Origin: Octopus vulgaris
Taxonomy: Eukaryota
Direction: 5' to 3'
NCBI GenBank assembly: GCA_951406725.2
Contig: OX597832.1
Span: forward strand, 68,758,001 to 68,822,000
Length of the DNA: 64,000 bases
Shown here: positions 1 to 13,397 of the stretch, in pieces
Numbering within the stretch: the stretch's first letter is position 1
Layout of the letters: the number at the start of each line of letters is the position of its first letter
Made by a program: the position numbers and the translations under genes
Notes under the pieces: model-generated
The model's database searches: none
Seen by the model: only the letters and a program-made list of their open reading frames with translations
What the model was told of the DNA's origin: nothing

Positions 1-667
1 TACACAGTGATGCAGTCTGATATGATACTTAAAGAAGCAATCTTGTTTTAGACTTTCATAACAACTGTTTATACAACAGTTCCAAACTTTTCCAACTAAA
101 CGAGCATTCCCTGAAACACATGGTTCATTACAACCTAAGTATCAGATTATTAATTAATGCCAACGATGCAACAAAATTAATTGTACTTTTAGTATTCATC
201 ATATTGATACAAATATCCCATCCAATTTAATTCCCTTCAGTTAGCTCAGAAATGTTAATAATATCATCTATAATTCTCACAGGTGATTGTCATGTAACAG
301 GGCCGGCTATTTCCTCGATATCTAAACAATTTGGATCCTTCCAGCTTTTTCTTTTCTTTTCACTGTCAAGTTTAACCAAGGAAAATTGTTTTGTTTCCAC
401 TTTATTATGCTGATTTCTACTGACATCAATGGTTTAACTTTCTGGATCAATAACTGAAATATCACTGTTTAGAATCTATATATTCACTCATGTTAGAAAA
501 TCAAACCATCTACAATTTTATCACCAAATGTTTAGAAAAATAACTCAAATAAATAAAGAGAAAGGACAATTGCAAAAATTTCCTAAATATGTCCCTGTCA
601 TAAATATTTTACCCTCCTTTAACATCACAAAAAATGTTAAGGCCCTCTTCCCATGTGCATGATGTAA

Positions 668-710
<43 letters not shown>

Positions 711-1259
711 GCATACACATACACACACTTGTGTGTGTGCATATATGTGTATGTATATAGACACACACATTTATATGCATATGCACACACATTAATACAC
801 TCCACTAAAAGCAAATAATCTGATAAAAATGTCAAATGGAAAACAACGACAAAAAACATCTGAAATATTTTCTGATATATCTGATCACCTGACTGAACAG
901 ATACGGATAGCGACACAGAAATTATTTCTGTCTTTAGTTTCCATATAAATAAACTGAAAACAATATAAATAAACATAATAAATAAACAAAACAAGGTAAA
1001 AATTGTGAAAAATGACATTTCTTAAAAATATACAAACATCGCACTGTGACAAAAATGACTGATTCTTCAGACACACCAAACTGCATACAGTCACAGCCTT
1101 GAAGAATTCTTTTTTAATCGAATCAATCAGCAGCATTACTTTTTTTCCTTAAGTTTGGTACATATTCTGTCAGTCTTTTTTGCCAAACTGCTAAGCTATG
1201 GGGTCATAAACACACCAAAACCAGTTGTCAAGTGGTGGTGAGAGACAAACACATACACA

Positions 1260-1300
<41 letters not shown>

Positions 1301-1798
1301 ATATTTTGGAATGGTCATTTTGCCAGTTTAGCCAATAAAAACACACGCACTATATATTTGGTGTTACTTTGCTTCAGTGTTATTTATTTTTTACATTAAT
1401 CTTAATCTTATTTCGGCCAGAGTTCTTTCGTCACACTCCTGTGACCGCATCAGTGGTCCTTTGTTTTCTTCTTTCTTATTTGTGTCTCTCCTTACTAACC
1501 ATCAGCCATTTTGTATTTCTATTGTATGTCTTCATTTGCACATGCTTATATCTCTATGTGCGTTTATGTTTATTTAGTGTGTGTATGTGGGGGGATGCCT
1601 GTAATATTTGTATCTTCTGTTTATATATGTTCATGTAATTTGTATTTTGTTTTTATTGTTTTTGTTTATTCTTATTTTGTTCATGTGTTTACATCCACTT
1701 ATTATTATCATTACATATGCTTGTATGTATAACAACAATACTAGTAATAACAATAATAAATCGAATCGAAAAAAAAATTATTAAAAAATTCTTTTTTT

Positions 1799-1890
<92 letters not shown>

Positions 1891-2439
1891 TTTATTTCTA
1901 TTAGTTTATTTATCTGTATATTTATTATGTTTTCACGATCCTCTATCGTCATATGTTGTGGTGTGCGTTAGTGCTCCATTCTAGTTTTCTATTCAGGCTA
2001 GGTTTATTTTCTATTATGTGTGTAGCTTCTTTAATTTGTCTAATTGTTGCATCTGATCTATGTGTGGATAATATTTTAATTTCTATGTTATTGATTGACC
2101 TGATTATTGATTCCTGTTTGGCGTGTTGGTACAGAATCGATGAGCTTTTACCTTCCTTGAGTTGTCTCCAATGTACATTTACCCGCTCTCCTATACTTCT
2201 TGCCGTTTCCCCTACGTATGTTGTTGTCTTGTTACTGCATCGTCCCTCTATACATCTTATACTATAGACTACATTTCTGGCTTTACAGTTTGTTTGTGGG
2301 CTAAATCTACATACAGTACAGTACTTATCCGTACAGAGGGTTCTACTAAAAGGATAGGTTCTACCAATTATAGATTTGATAGGGTTGCCTGGCTTTTCTA
2401 CAACCTTAATTCTTAGCTTAAGTTTGTCTAGGGTCCTTC

Positions 2440-3846
2440 AATTACTTCTATGGCTAGGAAGACATATATAGAAAGATGGCGCGGATGGACCAGAGCCATA
2501 CGGAGCCCCGCAAATGTCCATCAGATAAAGAAAATGATCACACATGCACTAGGAGCTAGTATAAGAGTTACCCTAAAAGCAACACGTTTAAGTTTAATAA
2601 TAAAATATATGCCCAGGACGAGGGGGCAGCCATCGGCGTTAGTATCGCTGGTGATGTGGCCAACCTTTTCATGGTATGGTGGGACAGAAGGCTTAAAGAA
2701 CGCCTAACACAGAACTCCATACTTGTAAACATGTACTCTCGCTATGTTGATGATATCAACATAGTGGTAAAGGCACCCCCACAAGAGAGTAATGTTGATA
2801 TAGTAATAGAAACTAATACTATAGAGAGCATCCAGCAAATAGCTAACTCCATCCACCAGAGTATTAAGGTCACAATAGACTACTTCACTAAACACCCCAA
2901 CCATAGACTACCAGTACTAGACACCGAACTCTGGCTAGAAATTGTGAATAATAAAACCCAAATCCTTCATTCATACTATGCCAAACCTATGGCCTCAAAA
3001 TACTTGATCCACTGGAACTCAGCCATTGCGGACAATGCCAAATTCAATATTTTGATGGCAGACCTCATCAGAATAATGAGAAATGCGTCACACATGTGCG
3101 AGCCTACAGAGTTAAAGAGACACATACATTATTTCATTCACCGCATGCAGTTCTCAGGTTACAGCCATAAAGAAAGGATCAGAGTATACAAAGGAGCCAT
3201 TAAGAAATTTAATAATATATTATGTAATGATAGGAATGGGATTTGCCCACACTATAGGAACAAGTCATGGAACACTATAGAAAGGACAACAAAGAAAATA
3301 GGGAAGGCCAACTCTTGGTACGATAGCCATAAATACCAGAGTGTCATGTTCGTTGACACCACCCCTGGAGGTGAACTGGCGTACCGAATTAAGGTTGTAG
3401 AAAAGCCAGGCAACCCTATCAAATCTATAATTGGTAGAACCTATCCTTTTAGTAGAACCCTCTGTACGGATAAGTACTGTACTGTATGTAGATTTAGCCC
3501 ACAAACAAACTGTAAAGCCAGAAATGTAGTCTATAGTATAAGATGTATAGAGGGATGATGCAGTAACAAGACAACGACATACGTAGGCGAAATGGCAAGA
3601 AGCATAGGAGAGTGGGTAAATGAGCATTGGAGACAACTCAAGGAAGGTAAAAGCTCATCGATTCTGTACCAACACGCCGAACAAGAACATGGGGGATCAA
3701 TCAATAACATAGAAATTAAAATATTATCCACACATAGATCAGATGCAACAATTAAACAAATTACAGAAGCTACACACATAATAGAAAATAAACCTAGCCT
3801 GAATAGAAAACTAGAAAGGAGCACTAACACACACCACAATATATGA
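2440..3846 (+). pseudogene. PLE reverse transcriptase C-half plus GIY-YIG endonuclease, disrupted
   Basis: FNNKIYAQDEGAAIGVSIAGDVANLFM (motif B), YSRYVDDI (catalytic), LPVLDTELW, then C..C..C, VVYSIRC..YVGEMARSIGEWVNEH, EATHIIENKPSLN. Frameshift near 2590 and in-frame TGA at 3556-3558. Confidence 0.9.
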
Positions 3847-3904
3847 CGATAGAGGATCCTGAAAACATAATAAATACACAGATAAATAAACTAATAGAAA
3901 TAAA

Positions 3905-3971
<67 letters not shown>

Positions 3972-4330
3972 GTATATATATATATTTCTTTTTTTATTTT
4001 TTATTATAATTTTTTTTTCCATTCGATTTATTATTGTTATTACTAGTATTGTTGTTATACATACAAGCATATGTAATGATAATAATAAGTGGATGTAAAC
4101 ACATGAACAAAATAAGAATAAACAAAAACAACAAAAACAAAATACAAATTACATGAACATATATAAACAGAAGATACAAATATAACAGGCATCCCCCCAC
4201 ATACACACACTAAATAAACATAAACGCACATAGAGATATAAGCATGCGCAAATGAAGACATACAATAGAAATACAAAATGGCTGACGGTTAGTAAAGAGA
4301 GACACAAATAAGAAAGAAGAAAACAAAGGA

Positions 4331-4390
4331 CCACTGATGCGGTCACAGGAGTGTGACGAAAGAACTCTTGCCGAAATAAGATTAAGATTA
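4331..4390 (+). ncRNA. hammerhead-like motif in PLE pLTR (atypical; mirror copy at ~1400-1457 minus)
   Basis: CTGATGC g gtcaca-ggag-tgtgac GAAA, with a second possible register ggtca...t(g/t)gcc GAAA. A9 is C and stems I/III are unclear. Confidence 0.35.
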
Positions 4391-4550
4391 ATGTAAAAAA
4401 TAAATAACACTGAAGCAAAGTAACACCAAATATATAGTGCGTGTGTTGTTATTGGCTAAGCTGGCAAAATGACCATTCCGAAATATAACAATATCTGTTT
4501 CAACACACGACTTCACATAAAAAATCTTGCACAACAAATATTTAAACATA

Positions 4551-4587
<37 letters not shown>

Positions 4588-4591
<4 letters not shown>

Positions 4592-4727
4592 AAAATAAGA
4601 CATGGTATAAAACAGTTTTATCATGAAGTACATTTTAGTACCAGTTTCCGTGTTTTAGACTTTTTCAATTAACAGTTGTAGTCTGTACTATTCCTTCAGA
4701 TTTACTACCACCTAGCATTCACAAAGG

Positions 4728-4765
<38 letters not shown>

Positions 4766-4978
4766 ATTTGAAGACTATGGAAATATTTATAAAACATTTC
4801 ACTTAATATTTTTTCACCAATTTAATTGTTTTTCGTATTTAACACTTCGTTGAAAAAATCTAAAAGTTGGAAACCGGCACTAAAATGTGCTTCATGATAA
4901 AATTATTTTAGCATTTTCTACTTTGTCTTATTTTCCTTATATATATCCAAGTCGTGTGCTAATTTTCTTTCCATACAT
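4588..4978. mobile_element. pair of decayed PLE pLTR ends in divergent orientation with TTGAAAA...GAAA hammerhead remnants
   Basis: 4590-4680 (minus) and 4845-4978 (plus) share 'actaaaatgt.cttcatgataaaa...gtcttattttccttatata' and resemble the 5093-5575 element. Confidence 0.6.
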
Positions 4979-4981
4979 ATA

Positions 4982-5574
<593 letters not shown>

Positions 5575-5575
<1 letters not shown>

Positions 5576-5690
5576 AGAAGTAGAAGAAGAAGAAGAAGAA
5601 GAAGAAGAAGAAGAAGAAGAAGAAGAAGAAGAAGAAGAAGGAGAAGGAGAAGATGACGATGATGGTGATGGTGGTGATGATTATGATGAC
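5575..5690. repeat. (GAA)n/(GAT)n microsatellite
   Basis: Direct observation. Confidence 0.95.
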
Positions 5691-6414
5691 ATATATGTAT
5701 GTATAGATGTATAGATATATATATATATACACACACACACATACATACACATATGCATGCAGACACACACACACTCATATATACACATGCACAAATATAC
5801 GATTCCTTTTCTTCTGACATTTGTTTTACGTCTTTATTTTGATGTCTTCTTTTTAGTAATGGTGGTGGCAGATGGTGCTGGTCATGGTAGGTGCACCAAG
5901 GATTGTTATCTTTTGTTTTAACTTCACCCCCATCAGGCTATTATTATTACAACTGTTAGTGGCACCCAAACAACCTCTGTGGGCCATCTTCTTAAATTCA
6001 CTTGATGGATTTTCTGTTTCACCTTAAACTCTCATAAATATATTTTAAATAAGTCTGAATAACTACAACCTTCAATTTTGTCATCATCAATCAAATCTTG
6101 TATTTTCTTATAGGTTAGCTCTATTCATCGACCCTCCTCTTCTCTTCCTCTCTCTCTCTTTTCCCTCAATCTCTCTTTGTTTCTCTCTCTCACTCTCTCT
6201 CATGCTCTTTCTATCTTTCTTCTCTCTCTCTCTTTTTTTTGTTTCTTGATGATTGCCTCATAGATACAAAGTCACTGTACAGACATGCTTGTAACAAACA
6301 CAGAGGCATGGCTAGACATGTCCATATATATGATTATTTACATTTATGTGTGTATATAAATACCTGTGCAAGCATATATAGACAAACATGCATTGATATA
6401 CACATATCGCCATC

Positions 6415-7590
6415 ATTATCACCATCATCATTTAACGTACGTTGTCTGTGCTGGTATGGGTAGGACAGTTTGACCAGGGCTGGTAAGCTGGAAGGCTGCA
6501 CCAGACTCCAGTCTGAGTTTGCTTGGTTTTCTATGGCTGGATGCCCTTCCCCATGTCAACCACTCCAAGAGTGTAATGGGTGATTTTACATGCCATTTGC
6601 ATAACACCGGTATCTGCCCTGACTGTGATTTTGCTCTGCTTGAGGGATCTTCTCAAGCACAACATAATGTCAAAGGTCTCAGTCATTGCCTCTGTGAGGC
6701 CCCAACACCTGAAAGGAACTTGGCCCCTTTGCCCCCATGAGGCCCAACAGTGCTCTTTACATGCCACCGGCATGGGTGCCAGTTACATGACACCAACATC
6801 AACCATGTCTATGATTTCATTTAGCTTGAGGAGTCTTCTCAAGCACAGCATATCACCAAAGGTCTTGGTTACTGGTCATTGCCTTTGTGAGGCACAGACA
6901 AGCCTGTTAACATGCTTCACAACTTCATCCCATGTCTTCTTGGGTCTACCTCTATCTCAGGTTCCCTCCACAGTTAGAGATCAACACTTTTTACAAAGCT
7001 GCTCTAAATCATATGCATCACATGACCATATCAGTGCAGTCGTTTCTCTTGCACACCACATTTGATGCCTCTTATGACTAACATTTCTCTCAAGATGCTC
7101 ACACTTTGTCAAACATGCACACTGACATTGCACATTCAGTGATGCATACTGCCTTCATTTCTTTCAAGACTACACATGTTTCACTGCCATATAGCATAAC
7201 TATTCACACACAGGCATCATAAAATCTGCCTTTAATTCTGAGAGAGACGACCTTTGTTGCCAGCAGAGGTAGGGGTTCTCTCAACTTTGCCCAACTTAAA
7301 CTTATTCTTACAGCTATGATCTTGGAGCATCTACCCCCACTACTAACTTGGTCACCTAGATAATGGAAGCTATCTACTACCTCTGGCTTTCCCCCTGCCA
7401 GTTGATGGAGTTTTTTTTCTGTGTTTATTGTACCTGTGCATCTTCCACATATAAAAGCTAGTTTCCCTGTTAATCTTCCTCTGATATTACTGCACTTTTT
7501 AAGTGTCCAAAGCTTACAGCAGATGCATCTTATAGAGATTCTCCCTATACCTCTCTCCCTAATTAGTTGGGCTATGACTTTCTGTAACTT
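6415..7590 (-). mobile_element. RTE-clade LINE 3' fragment, decayed
   Basis: Similar to 16634-17830 (gene end, 3' UTR and ATG-type tail). Internal deletions are present. Confidence 0.8.
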
Positions 7591-8024
7591 TTATCTTTTT
7601 TGTGTGTGTCGGTGTAAAAACAGGATGAAGTAACCGGTTCAATGAAGGAAAGTGGTTGGTGGGATCAAACCCATTCCAGTTCCATTCAGTTTTTGCTTTT
7701 TATTTTCATCCGAAATAATAATGTATTTATTCATGCAATATCATTCGATAAGTCCCTGACCCCATTTGTCCTTTGTGTTGTCACCTCTTTGTATATCCCT
7801 TGTGGTTTAAATAAAATCATTGTGCTGGTTCCACGGGTCATGTCTTGATAGTTCAAAGTTTACAGTTCGAGTTAGCATGTCAGATTGTTGGTACTTAAAA
7901 GATTGTCATTATCTTCAGTGTGGTTACTGTCGTTTGTTTTCATTATATTGTTATTATACTGTTGTAGTGTATTCGTTTGTCTGTGAAGATATAACAACAA
8001 TTACATGAATGTATATATAAGTAT

Positions 8025-8280
8025 GTACGTAGTCTGATCAATATGTATCAGGACTGTTGCCATAGTAACGAAATTAAAGCATTCAAAGTAAAGTCACTTG
8101 GCACAGATAGATCTCAAAATCTGCTGTGCATGCGCTCTAAGTTTTAACATTCTAGCTCACTTCTGCTGCTTACAGCAGTGCTTAGAAGGAAGGTGTGTAG
8201 CATGTGACTGTTGCATTGGCAATGATAGAGAAAGTTGAGCAGAGAATCTGTATCAAATTTTGCCAAAAGCTTGGCGATAT
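8025..8280 (+). mobile_element. mariner-type element 5' fragment
   Basis: TA-cgtagtctgatcaa TIR-like start. Encodes EQRICIKFCQKLGD, a mariner transposase N-terminus. Confidence 0.65.
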
Positions 8281-8392
8281 CTTCTATTATTGCTGAACTG
8301 TCAAGCTACAAAGACATAAACAAACCGACAAAAGAGTGTATATACATATATATATATATATATATGTGTATATGTGTTTATATATGCATATA

Positions 8393-8765
8393 GGGTAAAA
8401 GGTAAAGACCCCCTTTGGTCATGTATGACCATGGGAAGTTCCCCTAGAAAGTTCCCCTCCATTGCACCTAGAATGTTCCCCTCCATTGCACAAGTCTGGG
8501 CAAGGATGTTTATGGAAGACCAGCAGTCACTCATGCATACCAGCCTCCCCTCATCATTCCACCAATGTTATCCAAGGGAAAGGCAAAGGGGCCAATACAG
8601 CTGGGCACCAGTGTCAGTGCAGCTCATTTCTACAGATGAGTGAACTGGAACAATGGGAAATAAAGTGTCTTGCTCAAGAACACAACACATAGCCAGGTCC
8701 AGGAGTCAAACACTCACTACCTCATGATTGTGAGACTGACACTCGAACCACTGAGCCATACACTT
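8393..8765 (-). mobile_element. tRNA-derived SINE (family related to 48823-49320)
   Basis: Shares 'tccaagggaaagg/tcaaagg...ccaatacagct' and the 'ggtcatg' tail with 49100-49320. tRNA-like head at ~8690-8760. Confidence 0.65.
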
Positions 8766-9002
8766 TCACATATACATACATATATATATATATATGTATA
8801 TACACACACAAACATATATATATATATATACATAATTATATATATACATGTGACAGGTTTCCACAGTTTCTGTCTTCCATTTTAACTCATAAAGCATTGC
8901 GTTGCTCAAAACTATAAGAAAAGACCCTTTCCCAATGTGCATTGGGACTGGACCTGAAACCATGTGCTAGCAAAACAGAGCTTCTTAACTACACAGCCAT
9001 GT

Positions 9003-9052
<50 letters not shown>

Positions 9053-10390
9053 AGACACACACGCACTTATATATTGATGTGTGTTTGTGTGTGTATGTAT
9101 GTGTGTGTGCCTGGATTCATAGCATAAATTCAATATCGATCAATACTCATGTTATATACAAGATATTTTAGTGTGTGTGTGTGTGTATGAATGTATATGT
9201 ATCTGTATATTCCTAGAAAATTCTATTTCATTTCATTATCAGATATAACAACAGTCTTTCTCAGTCTATGTTCATTTTTATTAAATCATTTTCTGATACA
9301 CACCTCTCTTTTTACATACATCACATTTGCTGTAACCCAGTCATACAATTATGATATTATTTACACTTTCAGCTATCATCTAACCAACAACTAGGAAAGC
9401 TAATCACAATAACCTTGGCTATCATTAAGCTGAAACTTATGATAATCTGATAACCTTATCTCTTCCTAAGCCAAACTTGCCTAAGTGTGAACGGTATCTC
9501 TGTAACTGTTTATTCAGAGGTTTGTAAGCATTCATTTAATCACTGAAGTCGTGACTGGTGCAGCTGTCCAAAACATTAGGTATTTACCATGCTACACTAG
9601 CCAAGACATTAACAGTTCATGCCCTGCCTGTTACGTGGCAATGTATCAGCCACCTATTATCTTATTAACTCCCCTCCTTCACTCTCTTGCTTTAATGATG
9701 AATGAATGTCTATGAGGTTCCTCTATCCAGCTATAACAGCAAAAATCTCAGTCAATAGACATCCTCAGTGTTTTATAGCAATGAAAATGTCTCGAGTTTA
9801 GTCCCACTACACAGCGCTTGAAGTAAGGGCCTTCTATCACAGCTCATTCTGGGCTGACCAAATCTTTGCAGGTGAATCTGGCAAGTGGAAACTGCGTGTG
9901 TGTGTGTCTCCTTGTCTCAACATGACATAATAGTTGTTAAGCAAGTGCACTCTCATGTAGGCGCTGTCATTCATTTCCAGTCTATCAAGAAGATATTCGT
10001 GGACAAGGGGACAATATCTCCCTGCTTGGAAACAGGGGAGGGTTGGAAACGGGAAGAGCATCCATCCATAGAAAATTTATCTCATCAAATTTCATCTAAC
10101 ACATGCAAAAATGGAAAAGTGGAAGTTAAAACAATGATGATGACAAATTGGATAATGTTGTCTTAGCTACATTGTGTATTGGATGAAGATTATGGCTAGT
10201 CAGTCCAGAAGTCTTACTGATTAACTACAAACCATGAGATTATCCAATGTGGAGTGAATTGTGTGAAAGCAAAAATAATAATGAGAGAAAAAAACTAGTA
10301 AATTAGATAACTTCCATTCTATATTTAAGAGATAAATTATGTACATTATTTACATTTGCTGGATATTTGTCCTCATCTTGTTTGTTGTTA

Positions 10391-10434
10391 ACACAATGTT
10401 TCAGCTGATATACCCTCCAACCTTCATCAGGTAT
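10391..10434 (-). ncRNA. minimal type-I hammerhead ribozyme (one stem III substitution)
   Basis: atac CTGATGA a ggttg-gagggtatat-cagct GAAA ca TT gtgt. Stem III is presumed AACGTT, here AACATT. Confidence 0.6.
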
Positions 10435-10514
10435 CTTGGGAAAATTTCGAACCTGGGTTCTCATTCCTAAGGTATTGTTTGATATTATTATTATTATTAT
10501 TATTATTATCATTA

Positions 10515-10870
10515 TATCCGAACGTGGCCTTTGCCAGCACCACCTCGACTGGCTTCTGTGCTGGTAGCACATAAAAAGCACCATCCGAACGTGGCCGATG
10601 CCAGCACCGCCTTGGCTGGTTTCCGTGTCGGTGGCACGTTAAAAGCACCAACCGATCGTGGCCGATGCCAGACTCCCCTGGCACCTGTGCCGGTGGCACG
10701 TATAAAGCACCCACTACACTCGCGAAGTGGTTGGCGTTAGGAAGGGCATCCACCTGTAGAAACACTGCCAGATCAGACTGGAGCCTGGTGCAGCCCCTGG
10801 CTTCCCAGACCCCGGTCGAACCATCCAACCTGTGCTAGCACGGAAAACGGATATTAAACGATGATGATGA
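10515..10870 (+). mobile_element. RTE 3' UTR/tail fragment
   Basis: ~50-bp 'gcacgtaaaagcaccatccgaacgtggccgatgccag' units and the tail 'gcacggaaaacggatattaaacgatgatgatga', matching the RTE 3' end. Confidence 0.8.
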
Positions 10871-11520
10871 TTATTATTCAGGTCACTGCCTGGAATTGAA
10901 CTCGGAATCTTGGGGTAGTAGCCTGCGTGCTTAACCACACTTTTGGGAGCAATATATTTATTGTGTAGAGGAATATATTTATCAGATCGAGTAATCCTAT
11001 CATTACATGAAAGAATATAGTTATCAAATAGAGGAGTACCAATATCATATATAAGATTATAATTATAAGGGAATATAGTTATAGAATGGCATACTTATCA
11101 CATGGAAGAATAATATCAGAGAGGGATATAGTTATTTCTTCCAGAACTATAGTTACTAAATTGAGGAATATGGGTGATACAGTTATTCCACTGAGTGATG
11201 AAGTTATGTCGGGTGGTTATATAACAGAAGCAAAATCTCTTTTATTCATGCTTTATCTTCTTGCAGTGAGTTCAATTATTGCTGTGGGCATCCCACACAA
11301 ACAATGGTGAGCTCTTATGAATTTCCTGGGGTAAAAAACAGACTCCAAATGAAGATGGGAACAGGTTGAGTATATATTGTAAAGAGGAATAAACTAGATA
11401 AATGCCATGAGAAGGAATTTGAGGAAGAAGCTGTGGTAGCCATTGAGAAAAGGAAACAAAATGAATATCACAGCTGGAAAGAATGCTGGAATATTGCAGC
11501 CAACATTTCCAGATATTTTT

Positions 11521-11928
11521 ACTCTTTTAACTGTTTCAGTCATTTGACTGTGGCCATGCTGGAGCACTGCCTTTTTTAGTGCAAATTGACCCCAGGATTT
11601 ATTCTCTGTAAGCCTAGTACTTATTCTATCAGTCTCTTTTGCTGAACCATTAAGTTACGGAGATGTAAACACACCAGCATCGGTTGTCAAGCGATGTTGG
11701 TGGGGACAAACACAGACAAATAAACATATACACACACATACACATATATATATATATATATAGATCTATACGACGGGCTTCTTTCAGTTTCCATCTACCA
11801 AATCCACTCACAAGGTTTCAGTTGGCCTGAGGCTATAGTAGAAGACACTTGCCCAAGGTGCCATGCAGTGGGACTGAACCCAGAACCATGTGGTTGGTAA
11901 GGGAGCTACTTACCATACAGCCACTCCT
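11521..11928 (-). mobile_element. tRNA-derived SINE, family 1 (Octopus-type)
   Basis: Head 'ggagtggctgtatggtaagtagct...ggttcagtcccactgc' and tail 'aaatgactgaaacagttaaaagag'. Near-identical copies elsewhere in the window. Confidence 0.85.
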
Positions 11929-12224
11929 GTTACCATATTTCTAATGAAATACATCACCTTTCTTTCAGTTAATTTGGAAAATAAGGAACAATTTAGTAAA
12001 ATGACCTCATGCTTGGAACACAATTTAGCATAAATTTTAATAGAAACTTTTAATTTAGATTACTTCAAAATAAGAATTTTGTAACATAGAGCTAGGAGTT
12101 GTCACACGTGACTTGGTACCAAAAGAGTTACTCTGTACAGTGTGCCATCCACAAATGTAGCAAAAATATTTCAACATAAAAACTTAACATTCTTCCATTG
12201 CTTAGTCCTTGCATACCACCTTTA

Positions 12225-12440
12225 CTGGTTTGAAATTTTAACACAAGAGCAGCAGGTTTGGGGTGGGGGGATAGTTGATTACATTAGACCAGTGTTAAAC
12301 TGGTATTTTTTTTATCAGCCCCAGAAGGATGAAAGGCACAATTAACCCCAGCAGACTTTGAACTCAGAACGTCAGGATGGACGAAATGCCGCTAAGCATT
12401 TTGTCTGGCCTGCTAATGACTCTGCCAGCTCGCTGCCTTA
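12225..12440 (-). mobile_element. tRNA-derived SINE, family 2 (MetaSINE-like central domain)
   Basis: Head 'aaggcagcgagctggcaga' and central 'gcctttcatccttc.gggg.tgataaa...gtacc'. Confidence 0.75.
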
Positions 12441-13280
12441 TACCACCTTTATATTAACTACTGTAGTAATAACATTGGTCAGATATATTTGATGGTGGTT
12501 TCAAAAATGCCCAAAATCAGTGCCAAACAACCAAATAGTCCTGCATTCAAATGTTATTGCAACAGTCATTGTGAGATTCTTCCAAGAATGCCTTTAATGC
12601 TGTTGTCTCAGACAAATAGAATTTTAAGTGTGTATATCTTTACCAGAGAGTGTAGATTCCACTTGAAGCAGAGTGGTATAAGAAAACAAGAAATAAACCT
12701 AAGAACTTTATCCAGCATGAAAAGAGAATTGATGCTTTATTCACACATGGTGGTCTCTGGTTTGGAGTAATTCTTTATCTGTTTTTCTTCTGCAGATGGA
12801 AGATACTCCAACATATAAAAAACGATTTAATATAATCATTCATTCTCTTTGCATTCTAAAAATCTTCCTGCATTATTTGTTTATTGTTTTGATGTATTAT
12901 TATATAATGCAATCAAAGCTGGTGGTTGGTGGGGCAGATCTTTCATTAAATAAATGCCCGTGATTTAGGGCTGAATCTTTACAAATAAAGACACTGTAAT
13001 ATAACCCTTTAGCAAGGTACAAACAGTATTTCAACTCAATGAAATACAAAATAGAAAAATGTATGACAGAGAATTACATTTGTTGTACAGGAGATGTTTG
13101 CAAATGAAGTACCTATATCTTCATACTAGGAATATACCCTTCTTTTTTGTCTTTTCCATGACCCTGAATATTCTCTTAATTTATATTCCAAATATGAATT
13201 ATTCTCATAGAAACCATTACTAACATACCAATCATATTTATTACCTTGCTTCACTATATTTATATAGTCAACAGGTTTTT

Positions 13281-13397
13281 ACACCTGCTGTCTATGAGTT
13301 AATGAAGGAGACCCTGTCATTTGATCAGCTGGAAACACCTGTTGTCTATGATTTAATGAAGGAGACCCTAAGCTGTCATTTGATCAGCTGGAAACAG
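13281..13397 (+). repeat. ~55-bp tandem duplication
   Basis: 'acacctg.tgtctatga.ttaatgaaggagaccct..gtcatttgatcagctggaaac' occurs twice. Confidence 0.9.

Larger units (their letters stand above)
1296..4555 (+). mobile_element. Penelope-like element, 5'-truncated, with ~1.1-kb inverted pseudo-LTR copy, inserted in (TA)n
   Basis: RT and GIY-YIG coding remnant at 2440-3846. Segment 1296-2412 is the reverse complement of ~3386-4492. (TA)n on both flanks. Confidence 0.92.
10316..10940 (-). mobile_element. tRNA-headed SINE-like element with hammerhead in its 3' half, interrupted by an RTE tail
   Basis: Head with A-box TGGTTAAG and B-box GAGTTCAATTCC (10871-10940), then (AAT)n, then body with hammerhead ending 'ctcttaaatatagaa'. 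The same 3' end recurs at 63309-63389. Confidence 0.65.

Noticed and set aside
285-455. Minus-strand open stretch TIDVSRNQHNK...IAGPVT*
   Set aside because: An in-frame stop lies between it and the nearest acceptor. No CCDC39 similarity.
1689-1952. Many YIYIYI / THTHTH / CVCVCV / IIII ORFs throughout the track
   Set aside because: They are translations of (TA)n, (CA)n and (ATT)n microsatellites.
10515-10710. CRISPR-like repeat-spacer pattern
   Set aside because: Degenerate tandem units of the RTE 3' UTR in a eukaryotic context, with no cas genes.
10871-10940. tRNA gene
   Set aside because: A/B boxes only, with no acceptor stem or cloverleaf. It is a SINE head; the same applies to the other SINE heads.
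12690-12800. Possible next CCDC39 exon (SAEEKQ...)
   Set aside because: Stops in all frames after the acceptor and no real match. The ORF at 21436-21645 likewise does not match.
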